Under the pieces are notes generated by a model. It was given only the letters and a program-made list of their open reading frames with translations. It was not told the origin of the DNA and made no database searches. A stretch of 62,912 nt of DNA, counting the filler, from Bigelowiella natans CCMP2755 (lineage: Eukaryota > Protista > Cercozoa), in assembly GCA_000320545.1 (NCBI GenBank). It is 9 parts of 9 records of this genome, joined end to end, with 100 filler letters (N's around TTAATTAATTAA, not from the genome) between each part and the next. Parts side by side here need not be neighbours in the genome. Positions count along the whole stretch, not along the records: positions 50,653 to 52,724 come from ADNK01002273.1; positions 52,825 to 54,311 come from ADNK01000686.1; positions 54,412 to 62,912 come from ADNK01001025.1; 6 more parts are not named here. The stretch is one strand, 5' to 3'. Positions 51,583 to 62,912 of this stretch are shown one piece after another; positions within the stretch are counted from its first letter, which is position 1, and each line of letters starts with the position of its first letter. The position numbers and the translations under genes were made by a program.

Positions 51583-52480
51583 TGGAATGTATATATTTGT
51601 ACTATGGTTGGTTTCTATAAATACTATAAGGCGCAGTAGCCAATGAAGTTGATGAACCGTTCGAAAAAGAGCTCCTCGATACCCTCATCGCTTCTCTACT
51701 TCCCCATGACTCTCAAATGACTCATTTGGCAAAGGCAAACATGTGTCCCCCCCCCCGGAAGTCACGCATCGTATATCTAAGACCTGGAAGTGAGCCGAAC
51801 TAGGAAGCAAGCGAGGGGGGATAGCGGGAGGGGATGAGGGGGGATAGTGCATTAAAATTAGTATATGTTAGAAAGCTATATGCTATGCAGAGATGGCTGA
51901 GCACACAAGAGCGGTACCGAGGTGGCTTTTTGGCCATCGAGGTATATCAACACGTGCATGTTAGCATCTACGCATTCGTGCGTGCGCGTGTGGCGGCACC
52001 TTGAGAGCACGATCGTCCGGCGTTTGACGAGGCCAGCTGAATCTTCGATATGCTTTCTCTGAGGAGTCAACCAAGCAAGGGTAGTTACATTTATGTCACA
52101 GGAAAAAACGCACACTTCCTCAGCCGTGTTTCCATAGAAGGGAACACAGCTAGAGTTGACGTACAAAGGGTACATATATGCACTATTTTACGCATGTTTG
52201 CAAACATTAGGACTAGAGAGCTTGTCCTCGCTAGAAGTACTTATCGACGGCACGGCGGCTCACTCTAAGGCTTGATGGATATGAAGCTATATCACATGAC
52301 GACATCGCGCCCAACACAATGAAGGGCTCTCCTCTTGCACACTGTATTCATTCTCAGGTGTTGTTTTGGGACTGACCTGGGGCGCTTATGATTGCAGCTG
52401 AGTCGAGGTGCTTGGATTCCGTCCCTTTGCTCTTTTCGTCACTATCGACGTCATTCACGAGTATTTCTGCAAGATAGGTT
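51090..52480 (-). CDS. Additional coding exons, probably the N-terminal part of the F-BAR gene (weak PH-like features)
   Basis: GT-AG-bounded open segments: ILVNDVDSDEKSKGTESKH.., KRRTIVLS..HVLIYLDGQKATS, EELFFERFINFIGYCAL, DVPQEMLNYGFVPPQ, RYKDFMCSNAQTLAERSIL. Frames are not fully resolved. Confidence 0.4.
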
Positions 52481-52724
52481 TTTAGAGTCCTGGATAGCCA
52501 GCTGAGGCGATGATGGGATCATTCTTAGAAGAAAAAGGGAGTAGGGGAAAGGGGAAAAGGAGGGGGAGGGGGGGGGGGGGGGGGGGGGGCCCGCGGGGGG
52601 GACAAAAAAAAAACATTTGTTATTTTTTGTGTGGTGAGGGGGGGGGGGGTTGTTTTTTTTTTTTTATAGAGAGAGGGCGGTGGGGGGACAATAAAAAAGG
52701 AGAGAAAAATTTTTTTTTTTTTTC

Positions 52725-52824
52725 NNNNNNNNNNNNNNNNNNNNNNNNNNNNNNNNNNNNNNNNNNNNTTAATTAATTAANNNNNNNNNNNNNNNNNNNN
52801 NNNNNNNNNNNNNNNNNNNNNNNN
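52725..52824. other. Assembly gap with artificial linker
   Basis: 44 N + TTAATTAATTAA + 44 N; preceded by a low-quality-looking poly-G/poly-T tail (~52530-52724). Confidence 0.98.
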
Positions 52825-52882
52825 ATCATATTTACTGTTTATTCAACGACAACATACTAGCTGCGAGCAGAACTCTGCGTAC

Positions 52883-53833
52883 CCATCGAGTCGAAGCGAA
52901 GAACCGCTTGCTTTCGCGCCGGCTCGCGAGCCATGTTCTCTACGGAGTGAATCGAGTAGCGGACGACTCCTGCGAGGGCCTTCCGCAGGTGCCAGTTGGC
53001 GTGCTTGTCAGGGAGCCCCTCCACGAGGACGTAGACGCTCTTCTGTCGTAGAAGGGCGGAGGGGGGGGGGGGGGAGGGGGGAGTAAGAGACAGACAGAGG
53101 GAGAGAGAGAGGAGATGGTGGTCATTGGTGAAACGGCACGTGTGTTCGTGTGTTTGTGTGTTTTTGTGTGTGTGTACTATTCTTAAATTAGAAGTTGTTC
53201 TTTTTTTTTCCAAAGATTGGAGAAGAAGAACACGGCGCTAGTAAAAGCAAAGGTCGGGGAAATAGAGGCGAAGGGGGGGGAGGGGGGTTCCTATACATCG
53301 TTTCCTTCGCGTCCTCGCGACGGTGAGGAAGGCGGCTGGGCGATGTTCCTTGCCCCGAGAGATCTGTGGAAAATGAACGTTCATAATTGAGTGGTCATAA
53401 CGATGATGATGGTGGTGGTGGTGATGACGATGATGGTAATATATCGTGTACTGACAAGCAACAAGGCAAAAAGCATCCACGAAACACCATCTTTGGGAGG
53501 GAGAGGGAGGGATTCTCGTACATTTATAGCTATAAATAAATAAATAAATAAATAATGAGCGGCAGCCCCAGCTCACTACCGTCGGCTGCTGCTCAGTGTA
53601 GCTCTCCCCTCCCCCCCCCCCTGCTGCTGCGAGGGAAAAGTCCCGGAGAACAGCGCGTTGGGGTTTGGCTGCGGCAGAATCGTCGCAACATGTGGGTTGT
53701 TCTGCCTGCCTCCGGCTCCTCCTCCTTCTCCTCGCGAGCTGGCAGCGTGGGGGGGGAGACTGCGACAGGAAGAAGAAGTTGGGATGGGCCGCGCCTGGTG
53801 GGGCAGGGTTGGCGTGCCGGCGACGGCGTGCAT
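52883..53833 (-). CDS. 5' part of a gene with an RRM-like exon; 3' end lost in gap
   Basis: Putative first exon MHAVAGTPTLPHQ...ESYTEQQPTV|gtgagc, which needs a poly-G length correction. Exon KSVYVLVEGLPDKHANWHLRKAL...KQAVLRFDSM|gtacgc has RNP2-like VLVEGLP and RNP1-like AVLRF. Confidence 0.45.
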
Positions 53834-54122
53834 CTTGATGACTGAAGTGCCCAAACGTGCCGGCGCGGTCGCCGGCGCTCAGCAGCGTGTTCTCCGCACC
53901 CGCCATCGTCGCCATCATGGTTTCCCCGAAGTCCGGCTCGGGGAACGAGGAGGAGGAGGAGGGAGGGGGGGAGGGAGAACAACCCACATGTTGCGACGAC
54001 TCTGCCGGAGGCAAACCCCAACGCGCTGTTCTCCGGGACTTTTGCCTCGCAGCAGGAGGGGGGGGGGGAGGGGAGAGCTACACTGAGCAGCAGCCGACGG
54101 TCGTGTGCTGTGGGCTGCCGCT
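53558..54122. repeat. Imperfect inverted duplication (outer arms 53558-53703 and 53976-54122, ~94% identical; inner part degraded)
   Basis: The reverse complement of the left arm (agaacaacccacatgttgcgacgattctgccgcagcc...) aligns to the right arm (agaacaacccacatgttgcgacgactctgccggaggc...) with ~8 differences in ~146 nt. gccggcgac/gtcgccggc pair near the centre (~53845). Confidence 0.9.
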
Positions 54123-54311
54123 ATTTTATAATCTGGGAAAGAGACTCCAGATAATAATGATGTCTCGTATGCTCTCGAAGATCCATCGAAGATTCACTTC
54201 TCTACCTCAAAGTAGGGGTGGGTTAGTACTGAAATGGGCTTCGGATATGCAATGAAAAGATAGATCTCTTCCTATCTACTGTACCAACCTCTGATTACAT
54301 CAATCCTAACT

Positions 54312-54411
54312 NNNNNNNNNNNNNNNNNNNNNNNNNNNNNNNNNNNNNNNNNNNNTTAATTAATTAANNNNNNNNNNNNNNNNNNNNNNNNNNNNNNNNN
54401 NNNNNNNNNNN
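54312..54411. other. Assembly gap with artificial linker
   Basis: 44 N + TTAATTAATTAA + 44 N. Confidence 0.98.
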
Positions 54412-54430
54412 ATACACTTTTTTTTCTTTT

Positions 54431-54485
<55 letters not shown>

Positions 54486-54529
54486 AGAGATAGAGAGAGA
54501 GAGAGAGAGAGTGCGTGCGTGTGGGACCT

Positions 54530-54597
54530 TCAAGTCGATCGGAGGTACGTACACCCTCCCTCTTCTCCACCGCGAGGGCGAGACGCCTGACTCTGTG

Positions 54598-54644
<47 letters not shown>

Positions 54645-54714
54645 CCATGGGCAATTACTACAGTTATGACACACATGAGTTAAAGCGTGCACACACATTT
54701 TTTGTTTCATGACA

Positions 54715-54789
<75 letters not shown>

Positions 54790-56663
54790 GAGAGAGAGAG
54801 AGAGAGAGAGAGAGAGTTCCGCATCAGAGATTTGGCCACCTTTCCGCCCTGTAGCCGAGCTTGCAGCGTTGTTTCAGCTCATCTACGCTCACAGCAAGGA
54901 CCTCCTTTGGCGTCGGAAAGGCTCCTGGAGAGAAAGTAAGCAAGTAAGTAGGTGCTAACGAAGGAGCAGCAGCAGAACCCGCGGTGTGCGTGCGTGAAAC
55001 TCAAATGCAAATGATAACAACATCCCGCTTGCTTCTTATTCCTCCGGCCGCCACGTTGCTACTGCTGCTATCACTATTACAACTGCTTCAACTACTTCTC
55101 CTACTGCCCTCCCCCACCTTGGCCGAGCTCTTTACACAGCAGCATATTCATCCTCACCGTCCCTGACCACTTCATGTTGCAGTTTGTGATCGTCTTCACC
55201 TGGATTCGTCATCGTCACTGTCACCGTCGTGTCAAAGGGGGGGGGGGGAGATACGGGGGATCGCTCGCATAGTTTGTATGGCTCACGCTACCCAAATCTC
55301 CCTCGCAGCAGCACGCATTCAATTCTCTCCTGGTATCTTCGGCCTTACGCTCTACAACTACCATGTCCTCCCACAGCGTGGGCGAGCGGAATGTCCGCCC
55401 AAAACCACGTTTTCCCGCATCGGGGAGCAATCGATGGAACGAACGCAGGTTCAGGCCGACGCGCAGAACGCGCGCGACGCCGCGCATGACTTCCTGCACG
55501 ATTTATGGGGCAACAACACCACAAATAGGAGTGAGTTGTGGGGAGAAAGAGGCCAACGGAGGTTGGCAGACATAATGAGAGTGGCAGATAACGTTGCTGC
55601 GAAATTAGAAGCGCGGTCTTCTACCTGCTGGGCGGCAGCATCTACGCAATGGGAGAGAAGGACGAGGAGGCCGCCTTTTTGTCGCATTATTAGCATTCCG
55701 AGACGCGTCGTTATTACCATCATTGTATATCTCATCACGCTCGCTTCAGCAGGAAAATATGCGACGCACTGCTATAGGATCATCACTAGCATTATTATTG
55801 ATATCGTTTTTTAGTGGTCATTTTCTTTCCTCCGCTGCATTGGTTTCTCGTGGCCCCTACTACTGCTATGATATTATCACACCTGCTTTTTCCTGCGAGA
55901 TCCGCGCCCAAACCACGTGCTTGTTGTCGCAGAATCAAAAGAAAAAAAATTAGTATTATTGTGAGAAATAAACTTTCTGCTCCACCTACAACCCTCCCCC
56001 CCCCCCCCCCCACACACTACCCCATCATCTCAAGAAACCTGTTGATTTGATCCATAGCGGAAGGGGCGCTCGAAGATACCTCTGTCCTCGTTCTCATTCT
56101 GCTGCGCAGGGTGCCATCGGTTCGGGGCAAGGGCGAAATATCCTAGTGTGTAAGAATTGAAGTGTTTGCATGTGTACATGTGCCTAAGAATCCGAAGCTT
56201 CGTATTTCATGTGAAACAATCACGCTTAAGAGCATAGATATGCGACGATAACAGGCCGCCGCAATCATTGTCCAAAGCAAATCTTACCATAGCTGCAAAT
56301 CGCCTGGGCGAGTGAGAAGCCGGGGGGTAGCACGAAGAATTCCTCGCTTTTTAGCAGCTGCGATACTTTCGAAAGCTGCAGCCTACCGACATTGTCCTTC
56401 TGCGAGGGAGAGGGGGACCGAGGAGCTACTGCTTTGTCGCCTGCTGGAAAAGCCAGAATTTAAGGATATCTGCTGTTCGCTGCGAGTCACCACACTATTA
56501 CATGTACCGTCGGATGTGGGAATTATCGATTCGCTTATGCCTTTCTGAACACGAAAAGCTGTGCAGAGGGGTAGATAGGAAGATAAAGTCATAATCGGAA
56601 CTCATTGCGAGGTCATCCACCACCTTTTCGCAGTCCGCGTTGTGCTTTCCTCCGCTGCGGCAT
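54530..56663 (-). CDS. HhH-GPD superfamily DNA glycosylase-like protein (AlkA/OGG1-like fold, plant-type uncharacterised family); C-terminus in gap
   Basis: Spliced product: MPQRRKAQRGLRK..FSLAQAICSYGYFALAPNRW..GIFERPFRY..EVMRGVARVLRVGLNLRSFHRL..GFGRTFRSPTLWEDMVKTITNCNMKWSGTVRMNMLLCKELGQGAFPTPKEVLAVSVDELKQRCKLGYRAERVRRLA. FPTP..L..CKLGYRA is a glycosylase helical-domain motif, and GR.FRSPTL.EDMVK..CN..W is recalled from plant homologues. Confidence 0.85.
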
Positions 56664-57071
56664 GAGAATGGCCTTCCTGGGAAGATGTGCACTTTGCGAA
56701 ATAACCCCCCGATCTGCCAGATGTTCTGCCACCGACACGCACGCGAAGAGGAGGAGGGCCGTGCTCGGGGAACGGGCGGAATCGACGTCGGCTGGAGATT
56801 TGAGGCGATTTTCATCAATTTCAGCATGAAGCGTCAAAAATATGAAAAAACGCCCTTGATTATTCCAATTCCCGTTTTCCGGACAGTGGAGCTTGTCGCA
56901 GGCACCCAACGGCATGCTAGTCTCGGTGGAAATTCAAATAATTCAAACCCAATCGAGATCACCCCACCCCCGAACGGCATTCCAGCTCTGAGGGAGGAAG
57001 GGGAAGCCGAGACGAAGCCGTTGGCGGTTAAGCCAATAAACCTACGCCTGTAGAAGAACCATCAGGAAGAA
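56664..57071. promoter_or_regulatory. Short divergent (head-to-head) intergenic region, probable bidirectional promoter
   Basis: About 408 nt between the inferred ATG of the glycosylase (-) and the ATG of the signal-peptide gene (+). CpG-rich and free of microsatellites. Both start codons are inferred. Confidence 0.45.
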
Positions 57072-57319
57072 ATGGCAAAGCTCAACCCGTGGAGCTCAGC
57101 AGCGTGGCTTCTTCTTGCCCCATCACTGCTGATTCTTGAGTCGGCGTCTGCTTTCAGGAGTCCACCGACCTCTCTCCTCGCAGGGGGGGCGGGGGCAGGA
57201 GGCTCCTCTCTAGATGCCCAAAGCAGGTCATTATCCGGTGGGGATTTCGATGGCCTGGGCAACCCTGGAGATTGGATGAGATTCCAGGTGCGTGAAATGA
57301 TGACGATGATGATGATGAC

Positions 57320-57353
<34 letters not shown>

Positions 57354-57715
57354 TTGACGATGATAACGATGATAATGAACGATGATGGCATATCTTTACA
57401 TACACCGCAAAATAGCAAAAAGCCTGGGCTGACAGCGGTGTCCAAGATCAGGGTGGAAAATCCTCCACTTCCTCTGCGAATACAGCAGGCAAGGCTGCAG
57501 TGAAGGCCCTCTCAATGTTGCCAGACCTCCCTGCTGCGAAATCAAATTTACCTAGTGACGATATGCTTAACTTCGAGCTGCCAAACTTCCCGGATATCGA
57601 CTCCAATGCCAGTCTCAGAGCGTAATTGATGAGTGTGCTGCTGTTACTGCTGTCGGTGGTGGTATTGATGGTGCCCTACATTCATTAATTCAAACAGTTT
57701 CCTCCTCTGTACGTA

Positions 57716-57761
<46 letters not shown>

Positions 57762-59939
57762 CGCACATCAACGGTAGTGACGTCATAATGTCCACTCTCT
57801 GCTTTTAGATACAAGATGCAGGCAAACGATAACAACGGCGGCGACAAGATGAGCGCTTCCGTGACCCCTCTTCACAAAATGGCGAACGAAACAAAAAATA
57901 GCCAAGTTGAGAGCTTGGCTGCATCGGCTGCGGTAGCAGCAACAATAAAAACTGCTGCAAAGCAAGACAAATATCGAAGCGAGGAGGAGAAAAAGAATGG
58001 AACGCCTGTGATGCCGCCAAGGTTTCAGAGTCGAGGGAGGAGTGAGCAGGTGTCTTCTATCTCTTCTTCAGGGCATACTGGGACAAGTAAAGAAGCTGCT
58101 GGTATGGATGGAATATGTGAAATTCTAACCCCTCCCCCTCTCTCTCTCTCTTTGTTCTGCTGATCTACTGCAGATAGTCTTCTCTTCTTAACTCCGTGCC
58201 CCTCCCCCCCCCCCCTTTCTTTCTAAACGATACCGGCTATGATGATGGATGTTGCTCCATCACTCAGACCGTGATGATGCGTCTGCGAACGCGTTGAGAG
58301 CTACTTCGCCAAGTCTCGAGAAAGGCCCCCCACCTCTCCCATCGTCGTCACCTCGGTTTTCCACCTTGACGGGTTCATCAACATCCAGCTCTGATGATAA
58401 GAAGGAGGAGAAGAAGGCAACGGCAACGGCGTCCTCGAAGCAGCAGGCGGTTCGGAGTGCATTGGACATGATTGATGGCCTCAAGTCCAAATTCCAATCT
58501 ATGGGAAGGTGAGAGTCAGCAGAGGAGGAAGAGGAGGAGGAGGAGGAGGAGGAGGGGGTGGGGGGGTGCCTACGTGCGTGCGCGCGCGCGCCCCGTGCGT
58601 GTGTGTGTGTATGTGTATGTGGGTGGGAGAAGAAAGACACACATACGGTATGGCCAGTATAAAGGGGAAGACTGGTTTGGCTAGGCAGAAATAAGCTGTG
58701 AAAGGATCAACTAGATTTAAAAAAACACGATCTGAAACACAACTACCAGCAGAAAAACACGCGTACCCACGCATAAGGACTGGTGCTTTCCTCTTCCCGC
58801 CTCCTATCTACTGTTGACGTAATCATTCTGTTTATAATTCTCCAGAGAGTCTATCGCTGTCGCAGAGCAGAATCGAAAGGAAGCTCTAAGGTTTGTAGTA
58901 GTGGTGGTAGTGGTGGTTGGCGTGGATGAAGGCAAACACCTGTCTTTGGAGCAGGAATGACGATACTGACGATGATCTGATGGAAATTTCCTGATGATGT
59001 GTATAATCTCCCCCCCTCTCTTTCTCTCTCTCTCTCCCTCTATGTCTAATTCACTGTATTAATATATTTATACATTGTGCACGTGACGGATTTCTCCTTG
59101 TCCTCGTTCTCCTACGTGCACAGCCGCATGGATCATAGAAAGGCCGAGATGCAGAAGCTGAAGGAGGCACTGGTCGCCATTACACGATTCGGAAGACAAA
59201 ACAACAACAGCAGCAACAACAACAACGACACGCTCATATCCATACACGCCATTGCGCGGAAAACACCCGTAGAAAAAAATAACGCATGGAATATCTTAAG
59301 AATCCGCAAATGCATCTACCTTCGATATATGCTCTTGGGCATTCGCAGCTGATTGATATCATCCACACCCGTGTAGGAGGGGGCGAGTATCAACGTGCAA
59401 TCGATTCACAAGAGAGTGAAGGAATTCATCGAGAGGCTGCATCAGAAGTATGGTTTCCCTCCCTCTCTCCATCCGCACAAGCCGATGTTGTTGTTGTTAT
59501 TGATGATGATGATAATGATATTGTTGCGTTAAATGAGCGAGATCGTAGTGAAACATCATCACGCGCCCTCTTCGTCTTTTGCTCACACAGAGAAACTGCC
59601 CGTGTCCATGGAATCGAGGGCCAAATCGACAAGATGCAGGTAGCAAGCATCAGCAGCAGCAGCAGCAGCAGCAGCAATATCGCCTGCGCCACTCCGTCAT
59701 CCATATTTGAAAACACGCGGCGTCTTTGTGTCGCATAGTGTGAAAGATCCATTCGTTCTCCTAATCGCCTCCCCCTCCTCCCCCTCCTCCTCGTCTGCAT
59801 AGTCGGTGCTCGGCCAGATGGAGGGGCGGCAGAAGACTGATGCGAGCCTAGTTTCGGATGCGGCAGAGAAGATTCACAAGATACGACAGGCGCGAAAGCT
59901 GCAACAAGATGAGGTCGTCGCGGGCTATCATGGGGGAGG

Positions 59940-59981
<42 letters not shown>

Positions 59982-61017
59982 ACGTTAAAAAAGTATACTG
60001 GCGCGTTATGAGAGTAGCTGGCAATAACCTCCCTCCTTACTTTCCACCTCCTCCTCCTCCTCCCCTCTACATGCATTATTCACTATCATCGTCCCCAGGA
60101 GAGGATGCACGCAATGCAGCAGCAGGAAGAAGGCCTGCGGGCAAAGTTGGACAACACCCTGTCTGTGAGCGCACTATCACCACCACCACCACCATCATCA
60201 TCAGCAGCAGCAGCAGCACAAACGCGATGCAAACAACGCATCGTCGCTTAGTTCCCCGAGACGCATGAGCTTTGCCATCCTCTTGAAGATATTATATATA
60301 TATTTTTATATATATATACATACATACAAATAAAAGTGTCTGACATTATATTTTCCTCCTATTGATCGGCTGCTGCTGCTGCTACCTGCCGTTTGTAACG
60401 TAGAAAGCGCAAAGAGCAACTGGAGAAAGAGATTATGCAGACGGCTACGACTCTCATCAACACCTCTGATGGTAGTGAGTGTGTGTGCTGAGTGGTGGGC
60501 GCAATGAACCACAGCGAAAGCACTATCAACACGTTTAGTGACGATGCACACTCATCTCACACGTCACCAATGCAATAAGAGCACTTTTCTCCAAATGTTA
60601 AGGAGGGAGGGGGGGGAAGGAATGCCCACACAACACACACACACACACACACACACGATACACACAACACACATATATACAGATACAAACACGCACGGAC
60701 AATATGCACATGCCATCACCTCACCGGGCCGGTTTCCATTGATGCTTTTCGTTGCCGCGGCGGCCACAACCCCGCTTGTGTTAGGTGATACGACGCCCAG
60801 GAGCACAGAGCTGCACGAGGCGCCTGTATCTCCGCCAGCCGAGCAGGAGATTATTCCCAATTCTCCAAAAGAAGCTGAGGTTGTGTTCCAACAGATTCTC
60901 GATAGTTCTCCCAAGGTTGCTGCTCAAGGAGCGTCGTCCGTGGTCGGCGAAGGACCCGTCGAGGCAGAGGTTGTGCAGCATGAGGATGATGACGAGCAAG
61001 ACTATGTCGTTGCATGA
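57072..61017 (+). CDS. 12-exon protein with N-terminal signal peptide, low-complexity region and C-terminal coiled coil
   Basis: Phase-consistent model: MAKLNPWSSAAWLLLAPSLLILESASAFRSPP..WMRFQ / QKAWADSG.. / YKMQAND.. / DRDDASA..KSKFQSMGR / ESIAVAEQNRKEALS / RMDHRKAEMQKLKEAL / EGASINVQSIHKRVKEFIERLHQK / ETARVHGIEGQIDKMQ / SVLGQME..KLQQDE / ERMHAMQQQEEGLRAKLDNTL / KRKEQLEKEIMQ.. / GDTTPRS..DYVVA*. Confidence 0.8.
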
Positions 61018-61612
61018 CAAACGAGGCGATGATGATCGATATCCTATAGGAAGAGAAACTGCGTTGCTTATCGTCAAAATAGCAAGAGAAACGCGTGTAT
61101 AAACTACCCTCGAGGATTGGCTGGCATATTATATGTCTGTAATGTGAGTGTTGCTGTTTTACATGTAATCAAAGAATATCGACTCGCATTATTAATTAAA
61201 AAGCTGCAGAGATCAAGCAAGCAAGAATGTGTATGCAGTCTGTAGCAGGTAGCAGGGTAGCGCATATTTTGCTGCTGCGATGCGCGAGCTTCGTCATTAT
61301 AGGGTGTTACGAATTGCGTTGTCGCTGTGTCATGATGACGCGGTTGTTGTAGCCAGAGCACTTTATATGTTTTGCAAGGCTCATCCCTTTTTCCCAAAAA
61401 TACCTCGCGGGCGCTGGGTTGCGCAATCAATAGCAAATTATATGTACATATAGCTCTATTCCCTCATTTAAATATGCGACGGATATTGTTCATATACATA
61501 CACACAAATTTATAAGATTTAATCAACTCATTACATCCGTCTCATGTAATATATATATATATATATATATATATATCTAATATCTAATATCTCACTTATT
61601 TTGCCATTCCAG

Positions 61613-62405
61613 CTAGCTACGCAGCAGGGCTTCTACATCAACCTCGTCAAGATCATCGTCGTCGTCATCCTGAAACGCGATTTAGTGGAATTAAAACAAA
61701 GGACCAACGGAGATTAGAAGAGAATTGCCTCCAGCATGCATTTCACACACACACACACACACGCACACACACACACATTAAACCTGCATCGCTTTGATCT
61801 GGGCTTGAGCAGCTGATGCCGCGCTTCCATCGTCGTTGCTATTCTTGGCCCCCCCCTCCCGCAGGCGTACAAGATGCACTACGTTTCCCTTGTGAGGGAG
61901 CAAGACAACACAGCACAACACTCTTACAAACGCCCGGCGCACGACGAGGAGGACAACAGCGTGCCGAACTTCAACCCAACACGTGATAATAATAACAGCA
62001 ATTGATGAGACGCAGAGCTGCTTACTTACCCCCGGGTCCTCCATTTGCACGTCATATTCGCGCTGCACGGTTCTTTTCGTGACCTCCTCCATCTGCGGGT
62101 TGGGTTGCGAAGAGGAAGCTTCAAATGGAGAAGGGGGAGGAAGAAGAGGAAGGGACTACGAGGACGACGATGATGATGATGATGATGATGAAGAAGAAGA
62201 AGCAGGGAAAATAGGAAAGGGGGATGTGTATGGGTGTGTGTGTGTGTGTGTGTAGTGATTCTATTGGGCGATTAACCTCCCTCCCCCCCACCCGCCCCTC
62301 CTCTAGAATAACACGCTATCACTTAACTGAGAATCCCATTCCAGTAAGAGACCCTATGAAGTTCAATTCCGCAACATCCAAAGAGCCCTGCGTGTGTGTG
62401 TGTAT

Positions 62406-62439
<34 letters not shown>

Positions 62440-62912
62440 CATCATCATCATCATCATCATTAGAGGTAATATAAGTATTCTTTGCTTAAAACGGCTATTT
62501 CTCGCCTCTTTAAGAAACTGTCCAATATAGAGATCCTTCTCCTCCCTCTCCTCCTCGCCCTCCTCCTCCTCCTCCTCCTCCCTCACCCGCTCTGTCTCTC
62601 ACATCTAAACAATATCTAATTCCAACCCACCCCTGCGATTATTATGCATCCGCCGGGTGCCAACATTTTCGGGACCTGCTCCACGACAAACAAGATACAG
62701 AGCAAAAGCATGATAGCACACACACACGTCGTCATCATCATACGCAGACACAACCCGAGGCAGGGAAGATCAATGGCTTTGAGCGACCAATCGCCTTTGT
62801 CCTTCTCGCCGATATGATGAGGATCAAATAAAATCGCGCCTCCCCCCCCCCCCCCCTACCCTCCTTCCATCTATCTAGTTCTATCTAGAAGCACTGTATC
62901 GTATGCATTGCT
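61613..62912 (-). CDS. 3' part of a multi-exon gene of unknown function continuing beyond the right edge
   Basis: Exons: VPKMLAPGGCIIIAG|gt, GSLDVAELNFIGSLTGMGFS|gt, SSSQPNPQMEEVTKRTVQREYDVQMEDPG|gtaagt, ..AQAQIKAMQ|gt and terminal DDDDDDLDEVDVEALLRS*. Confidence 0.55.

Noticed and set aside
52120-52160. CVPFYGNTAEE resembling AGC/MAST kinase subdomain IX
   Set aside because: No HRD, DFG or APE exons could be found nearby; it is treated as coincidence.
55380-55499. RGVARVLRVGLNLR as a voltage-sensor S4 helix
   Set aside because: It is part of the glycosylase N-terminal region (the family has ..QVARMLRL..), with no TM helices around it.
55278-55814. 178-aa plus-strand ORF
   Set aside because: It is the antisense shadow of the glycosylase exons, whose minus-strand reading has clear family motifs and splice sites.
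54530-56663. Treating the glycosylase, POP and the CpG-erased array as a physically linked system
   Set aside because: Gene neighbourhood carries little functional information in eukaryotic nuclear genomes, the elements are tens of kb and several gaps apart, and no methyltransferase or deaminase gene is visible in the window.
62340-62700. LAPGGCIIIAG as a methyltransferase motif and TGMGFS as a UBA start
   Set aside because: Each match is only a few residues and the rest of the gene is outside the window, so no domain call is supported.
1-62912. The many ORF-track entries with poly-YI, poly-VC/HT, poly-SL/RE and poly-M/I/H runs
   Set aside because: They are translations of intronic microsatellites; real exons are mostly shorter than the ORF-track cutoff.

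Overview
This is eukaryotic nuclear DNA from a draft scaffold, with eight 100-nt gaps each holding an artificial TTAATTAATTAA linker. It is extremely intron-rich (GT-AG introns, exons mostly 40-100 nt) and saturated with microsatellites, so most ORFs in the supplied track are artefacts. Gene content (POP polymerase, bacterial-type PPi-PFK, plant-like HhH-GPD protein) points to a protist or alga. A chlorarachniophyte-like rhizarian is plausible but unproven. By splicing exons manually I recover about 12 genes: a kelch+EGF protein (-), a SAM-domain protein (+), a plant-type organellar DNA polymerase POP with at least 37 exons (-), a Propionibacterium-type PPi-dependent phosphofructokinase (+), a myristoylated 4xEF-hand protein (-), a probable RRM-PPR protein (-), a long coiled-coil protein (-), a tandem F-BAR protein (-), an RRM-like fragment (-), an HhH-GPD glycosylase-like protein (-), a signal-peptide coiled-coil protein (+) and a partial gene at the right edge (-). 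No rRNA, tRNA, CRISPR or intact transposon is visible. The most striking non-genic signal is a 68-bp tandem array at 22.7-23.2 kb. Its four central units differ only by CA/TG/TA swaps at aligned dinucleotides, and it has no CpG over 560 nt. This is the footprint of complete, CpG-specific C-to-T hypermutation of a repeat, from intense 5mC decay or a RIP-like process, and several CATG/CTAG-rich intergenic blocks echo it. The window also has a 756-bp near-perfect palindrome and a ~565-bp imperfect inverted duplication, both near contig ends and possibly artefactual. Exon coordinates are hand-derived and may be off by a few bases.
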